DNA of 64,000 nt from positions 192,001 through 256,000 of the forward strand of contig CAVTUQ010000007.1 in the NCBI GenBank assembly GCA_963737905.1, in the 5' to 3' direction. Origin of the DNA: an uncultured delta proteobacterium. Its GTDB lineage: Bacteria > Desulfobacterota > Binatia > UBA9968. The stretch's first letter is position 1; each line of letters starts with the position of its first letter. Shown in pieces: positions 59,638 through 64,000 of the stretch. The notes under the pieces were generated by a model. It had not been told where the DNA came from. It was given only the letters and a program-made list of their open reading frames with translations, and made no database searches. The position numbers were made by a program, and so were the translations under genes.

Positions 59638-60615
59638 ATGGATACCATCGTCAGCGGTATGCGGCCCACGGGGCGCCTTCATTTGGGTCATCTTCATGGC
59701 GCGCTGAAGAACTGGCTGAGACTTCAGGAGAATTATCGTTGTTACTTCTTCGTCGCGGACTGGCACGCACTCACAACCGATTACGCCAATCCGCAAGGCA
59801 TCAATCCGAGCACCAAAGAGATGGTCATGGACTGGTTAAGCGTGGGGCTGGACCCAAATCGCTCGACACTTTTTCGGCAATCGCGTGTCAAAGAGCATGC
59901 GGAGCTGCACCTGCTTTTTTCCATGATTACACCGGTTCCATGGCTGGAGCGCAACCCCACGTATAAAGACCAGATCAAGGAATTGGTGGAAAAGGATCTG
60001 TCCACGTACGGCTTTCTGGGTTACCCGGTTTTGCAGGCTGCGGACATTACCATTTATAAGGCCCACAAGGTCCCCGTCGGAGTCGATCAAGCGCCGCACG
60101 TTGAACTGACGCGCGAGATTGTACGGCGCTTCAACCAGATTTACCGCCCCATCTTTCCGGAGCCTGAAGTTCTCTTGACCGAGGCTCAGAAAGTGCCTGG
60201 GTTGGACGGGCGCAAGATGAGCAAGAGCTATAACAACGCCGTGTTTCTGGCCGACACACCACAGGAAATCGACCAGAAATTGAGTCGCATGATGACCGAT
60301 CCGGCGCGCGTCAGACGGACCGATCCCGGTGAACCGGAAAAGTGCCCGGCCTTCCAACTGCACAAGATCTATTGCACCCAGGAAGAGATCGACTACGTTT
60401 CGCAGGGCTGTCGTACCGCCGGCATCGGTTGCCTGGACTGCAAGAAGGTTATGATCAGGCATGTGATCGAAGATCTGGGGCCGTTCCGTGAGCAAAGGGC
60501 GCGCTACGAGGAAAACCCCGACCAGGTCGAAGCGGTGCTGGCAGCCGGTAACGAGATCGCTCACCAAAAAGCGACCGAAACCATGGTCGAAGTGCGCGAG
60601 GCTGTAGGGCTGTGA
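59638..60615 (+). CDS. trpS: Tryptophan--tRNA ligase
   Basis: SGMRPTGRLHLGH, YPVLQAADI, VPVGVDQ and KMSKS. Confidence 0.96.
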   Translation: MDTIVSGMRPTGRLHLGHLHGALKNWLRLQENYRCYFFVADWHALTTDYANPQGINPSTKEMVMDWLSVGLDPNRSTLFRQSRVKEHAELHLLFSMITPVPWLERNPTYKDQIKELVEKDLSTYGFLGYPVLQAADITIYKAHKVPVGVDQAPHVELTREIVRRFNQIYRPIFPEPEVLLTEAQKVPGLDGRKMSKSYNNAVFLADTPQEIDQKLSRMMTDPARVRRTDPGEPEKCPAFQLHKIYCTQEEIDYVSQGCRTAGIGCLDCKKVMIRHVIEDLGPFREQRARYEENPDQVEAVLAAGNEIAHQKATETMVEVREAVGL

Positions 60616-61382
60616 CGACTCGAGTACAACTCGAAATCTTCGAAGGTCCATTGGACCTGCTGCTTCATCTGATTAAAAAAAATGAAGTCAGCATCACCGA
60701 TATTCCGATCGCGACCATCACCGAGCAGTATCTGGCGACTCTGGATGTCATGCAGAGTTTGAGTCTTGATGTCGCGGGTGAATTTTTGGTCATGGCGGCT
60801 ACCCTCATCCACATCAAATCGCGCATGCTACTGCCCATGACAGACGAGGAAGAGGACGAAGAAGAGGGGGCGGATCCCCGGGCGGAGCTGGTGAGGAGGC
60901 TGCTCGAATACCAGCGCTTCAAGGATGCGGCGGATCAATTGGAGCGAAGAGAGCTCCTGACGCGGGACGTGTTCGTCCGTTCCGCAGCTCCAGCCGAAGA
61001 CATCCCCGCGCCGGGATTTCGTGAAGTATCGGTATTCGAACTTTTGACGGCACTGAAGCGGGTTATGGATCGATTGCCTAAGGATGTCGTCCATGAGGTC
61101 ATGCTGGAAAAGACCACCGTGCGCGAAAAAATGACCCTGCTGCTCGATCAATTGCGCGCCCAGGGAAAACTCCTATTTGAGTCGCTCTTCAGCGATATGA
61201 AGACCCGGTTGGAAGTGGTCGTTACCTTTCTCGCGATGTTGGAGCTGGTTAAAATGCGCGCCATCAGAATCTTTCAGGAAGAAAGAAGCGGGCCGATTCA
61301 GATCGAAGCGGCAGCGGGTATCGAGAACATACCGGCGGTTATTGCGACGCCGGGCACCGAGGAAGATCAGCATGGAACGTGA
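60612..61382 (+). CDS. scpA: Segregation/condensation protein A
   Basis: FEGPLDLLLHLI, EFLVMAATL..IKSRMLLP and FLAMLEL. Confidence 0.94.
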   Translation: MTTRVQLEIFEGPLDLLLHLIKKNEVSITDIPIATITEQYLATLDVMQSLSLDVAGEFLVMAATLIHIKSRMLLPMTDEEEDEEEGADPRAELVRRLLEYQRFKDAADQLERRELLTRDVFVRSAAPAEDIPAPGFREVSVFELLTALKRVMDRLPKDVVHEVMLEKTTVREKMTLLLDQLRAQGKLLFESLFSDMKTRLEVVVTFLAMLELVKMRAIRIFQEERSGPIQIEAAAGIENIPAVIATPGTEEDQHGT

Positions 61383-61947
61383 AGACATAAAGTCGATTAT
61401 TGAAAGCTTGTTGTTCGTTGCCGACGGACCCCTGACCATCCAGAGGTTGGGCGAAGTGCTGGAAGGCGTTGAGAAGGAGGATATTCGGTCGACTCTGGAT
61501 GAACTACAGACGGAGCTAGAAAGCAACCGGCGCGGAGTTCGGCTCGTCGAGGTCGCCGGCGGCTACCAGTTACGGACGGCGAAAGTCAACGCCGATTGGG
61601 TCAAAAAATTCCTCGGGGGGCGGCCCGCGCGCATGGGTCGAGCAACCCTCGAAACTTTGGCAATCATAGCCTATCGGCAACCGATCACCCGAGCGGAGAT
61701 CGAGGCGATCCGGGGCGTCGATGTGGACGGTGTCATCAACACGCTTTTGGATCGGAGTTTGATTCGCGCCGTAGCCCGCAAGGACGTCCCCGGGAGGCCC
61801 TTTCTCTACGGGACGACGCCTGAATTTTTGCAGTTATTCAATCTCAAGGATCTGACCCATTTGCCCACGCTCAAAGAGATGCAAGAGATCACTTTGCCGG
61901 AGATACCCGGTGAAGAGCTACCGCTCGAAAGTGCCGAAGAGTGCTAG
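61372..61947 (+). CDS. scpB: SMC-Scp complex subunit ScpB
   Basis: IESLLF, LETLAIIAYRQPITRAEIEAIRGV and PGRPFLYGTT. Confidence 0.95.
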   Translation: MEREDIKSIIESLLFVADGPLTIQRLGEVLEGVEKEDIRSTLDELQTELESNRRGVRLVEVAGGYQLRTAKVNADWVKKFLGGRPARMGRATLETLAIIAYRQPITRAEIEAIRGVDVDGVINTLLDRSLIRAVARKDVPGRPFLYGTTPEFLQLFNLKDLTHLPTLKEMQEITLPEIPGEELPLESAEEC

Positions 61948-61988
61948 ACTAGACAAAGACTAGCTTCTTACTGAAAAACCTCTCGGAG

Positions 61989-62052
61989 TCCTTCGACGGC
62001 GCTCAGGACGAGCGGAGGGGAATTTTCCGTTCATGCTGAGGATCTCGAAGCA
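61989..62052. repeat. REP-like palindromic element
   Basis: TCCTTCGACGGCGCTCAGGACGAGCGG ... CCGTTCATGCTGAGGATCTCGAAGCA imperfect inverted repeat. Confidence 0.6.
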
Positions 62053-62078
62053 TTCTGAAATTTCTCCAGCAACCTGTT

Positions 62079-62855
62079 ATGGAACGTTTACAGAAAATCT
62101 TGGCCCGCGCCGGGCTGGCTTCGCGCCGGGAAGCTGAACGATGGATTGTGGAGGGGCGGGTATCCGTCAACGGGACGGTCGTTTCCAAATTAGGCTCCCA
62201 GGCCGATCCCGCGAGAGACAGCATCAAAGTGGACGGCAAGCGAATCAGACCCGCCGCAGCGCCGCTCTATTTCGCATTCCATAAGCCGCCGGGAGTCATT
62301 ACCACTCTTAACGATCCGCAGAAACGTCCAGACCTCGCGCAGTTTATAGAAAAGTTGGGGCGCAAACAGAGAGTTTTTCCCGTGGGCCGGCTGGATTTCA
62401 ATTCCGCTGGGCTTTTGCTTTTGACCAATGACGGCGAACTGGCCCGGCGGCTCACCCATCCCCGCTTCGGCGTGAAAAAGGTTTACCGCGTAAAACTGAG
62501 CGATTGTCCGACCGAGGAGGCGTTTGCGCTGTTACGGAAAGGCATGCGATTGGAGGACGGGGTGACCGCTCCGGCGCGGGCGCGAGTCGTGGAGAGACTA
62601 AAAAAAAATGCCTGGGTGGAAATTGAATTACACGAGGGACGCAATCGTGAAGTTCGTCGCATTTTCGAGGCGCTGGGCTATTTCGTCGAAAAGCTGATCC
62701 GTGTGCGTGTCGGCCCGATATCCCTCGGTTTTTTGCGGCCCGGTGAAATCCGACCGCTTTCGCAAATCGAGATCGCGGCTTTGAAGGCTGCCGTCGGCCT
62801 TCTTGCGGCTCTCACGCCTAACCCCTCACGTGGGGGGCAAAGGGTGAGGCGTTAA
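62079..62855 (+). CDS. rluB: 23S rRNA pseudouridine synthase RluB/RsuA family
   Basis: ERLQKILARAGLASRR S4 domain, VGRLD, LLLTNDG and EGRNREVRR. Confidence 0.9.
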   Translation: MERLQKILARAGLASRREAERWIVEGRVSVNGTVVSKLGSQADPARDSIKVDGKRIRPAAAPLYFAFHKPPGVITTLNDPQKRPDLAQFIEKLGRKQRVFPVGRLDFNSAGLLLLTNDGELARRLTHPRFGVKKVYRVKLSDCPTEEAFALLRKGMRLEDGVTAPARARVVERLKKNAWVEIELHEGRNREVRRIFEALGYFVEKLIRVRVGPISLGFLRPGEIRPLSQIEIAALKAAVGLLAALTPNPSRGGQRVRR

Positions 62856-62866
62856 GGGTACAGAAG

Positions 62867-64000
62867 TTAGTGACGCAGGCTGCAGAACTCTTCGTAGTCG
62901 ATGAGTTTGTGGATGGTGGGATGATCGCCGCACATCGGGCAGTTCGGATCACGCCGCAACTTCAGCGTATTGATCTCCATCGTCAAGGTGTTGAAGCACA
63001 GGAGCCGGCCGATCAATGTGTCGCCCTTGTCAAGAATCAGTTTAATCGCTTCCAAGGCTTCGATGACTCCGATCAGCCCGGGCAAAACGCCCAACACGCC
63101 CGCTTCAGCGCAACTGGGCGCCATTTCCGCCGGAGGGGGTTCAGGATAGAGGCACCGGTAGCAAGGCCCCTTGCCGGGATAGAAAACTGTCGCTTGACCT
63201 TCGAATTGAAAGATACTTCCGTGCACGTTCGGTTTGTTGGCCAGAATACAGGCATCATTGACCAGGTAGCGGGTCGGAAAGTTGTCGCAGCCATCGACGA
63301 TGATGTCGTAGTCTTTGATGATATCCATGATATTTGCGGACGTCAGCTTGTCTTGATAGGTGATGACATTGACGTCGGGGTTTAGCGCCTGCAGCGTCTG
63401 CTTGGCCGAGTCTACCTTCGGTTTCCCCACGCGATCGTTGGTGTGAAGAATCTGCCTTTGTAGGTTGGAAATATCCACCACGTCGTTGTCGATAATCCCC
63501 AGAGTGCCCACGCCCGCGGCAGCCAGATAGTAGGCGGAAGGGGACCCCAGGCCGCCGGCACCGACCATGAAGACTTTGGCTTGCAGGAGCTTGGCCTGTC
63601 CTTCTTCCCCTACCTCGGGCAGGAGAAAATGGCGGCTATAGCGAACCAGCTGTTCCGGGGTATATTGAAAATCCTGTACCCATCTGTAACCGGCGTTCTT
63701 CCACGCCCCATAGCCTCCAGCCATCGACGTGACGTTCTGATAACCCATTTCTCTTAGAGCCTTGCCGGCGATCAGCGATCGCACGCCGCCCGCACAGTAA
63801 GTGATTATGGGTGTATTCTTGTCGGGAACCGTGCTCTCCACCTTGATTTCGAGAAATCCGCGAGGCAGCGAAAGCGCCCCTTCCAGGTGCCCCTCGCGCC
63901 ACTCGTCTTTTTCGCGAACATCAAGGACTACATGAGACTTACCGTTGTTGGTCAAGAGATCATTGACTTGCTGAGCCGTCAGCTCAGGGATTTCCTTTCG
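62867..64000 (-). CDS. moeB: MoeB/MoeZ molybdopterin-synthase adenylyltransferase with N-terminal rhodanese (5' end beyond the window)
   Basis: LDVRE..EW..GH and YCAGGVRS rhodanese; RYSRH, GAGGLGSP, SNLQRQ, GPCYRCLY and SCAEAGVLG. Confidence 0.93.
   Translation of the reverse strand, partial: RKEIPELTAQQVNDLLTNNGKSHVVLDVREKDEWREGHLEGALSLPRGFLEIKVESTVPDKNTPIITYCAGGVRSLIAGKALREMGYQNVTSMAGGYGAWKNAGYRWVQDFQYTPEQLVRYSRHFLLPEVGEEGQAKLLQAKVFMVGAGGLGSPSAYYLAAAGVGTLGIIDNDVVDISNLQRQILHTNDRVGKPKVDSAKQTLQALNPDVNVITYQDKLTSANIMDIIKDYDIIVDGCDNFPTRYLVNDACILANKPNVHGSIFQFEGQATVFYPGKGPCYRCLYPEPPPAEMAPSCAEAGVLGVLPGLIGVIEALEAIKLILDKGDTLIGRLLCFNTLTMEINTLKLRRDPNCPMCGDHPTIHKLIDYEEFCSLRH

Overview
Bacterial chromosomal window whose gene content and order suggest a deltaproteobacterial or Binatota-like organism (inference). 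A housekeeping backbone runs along both sides: LPS glycosyltransferases/hldA/hldC, yicC-gmk-spoT, rpmB, mutL-miaA, pheA-hisC-aroF-tyrA-aroA-cmk-rpsA-sppA-ihfB on the left, and recQ, mutS-amiC-glnD-xerD, trpS-scpA-scpB-rluB and moeB on the right. It is interrupted at about 30.2-44 kb by an SOS/accessory region. That region holds lexA-imuA-imuB (no dnaE2), two four-helix-bundle (23S-IVP/Avd-like) genes, an orphan higA and a decaying integron. In the integron, intI is co-oriented with the cassettes, attI lies 3' of intI and the catalytic Tyr is replaced by Cys; at least 4 cassettes are present, 3 of them toxin-antitoxin type, followed by DUF1353, YukJ-LTD, GT2-GtrA and a GH19 muramidase-LprI pair. 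The most striking unexplained structure is a family of inverted microsatellite arms, (GTTCAAN1-3)n ... (TTGAACN1-3)n. These bracket both four-helix-bundle genes, occur as gene-less hairpins in two other intergenic regions, and appear once in frame inside imuB. Many single-base frameshifts in core genes are probably long-read or assembly errors. No rRNA, tRNA or CRISPR array was found.
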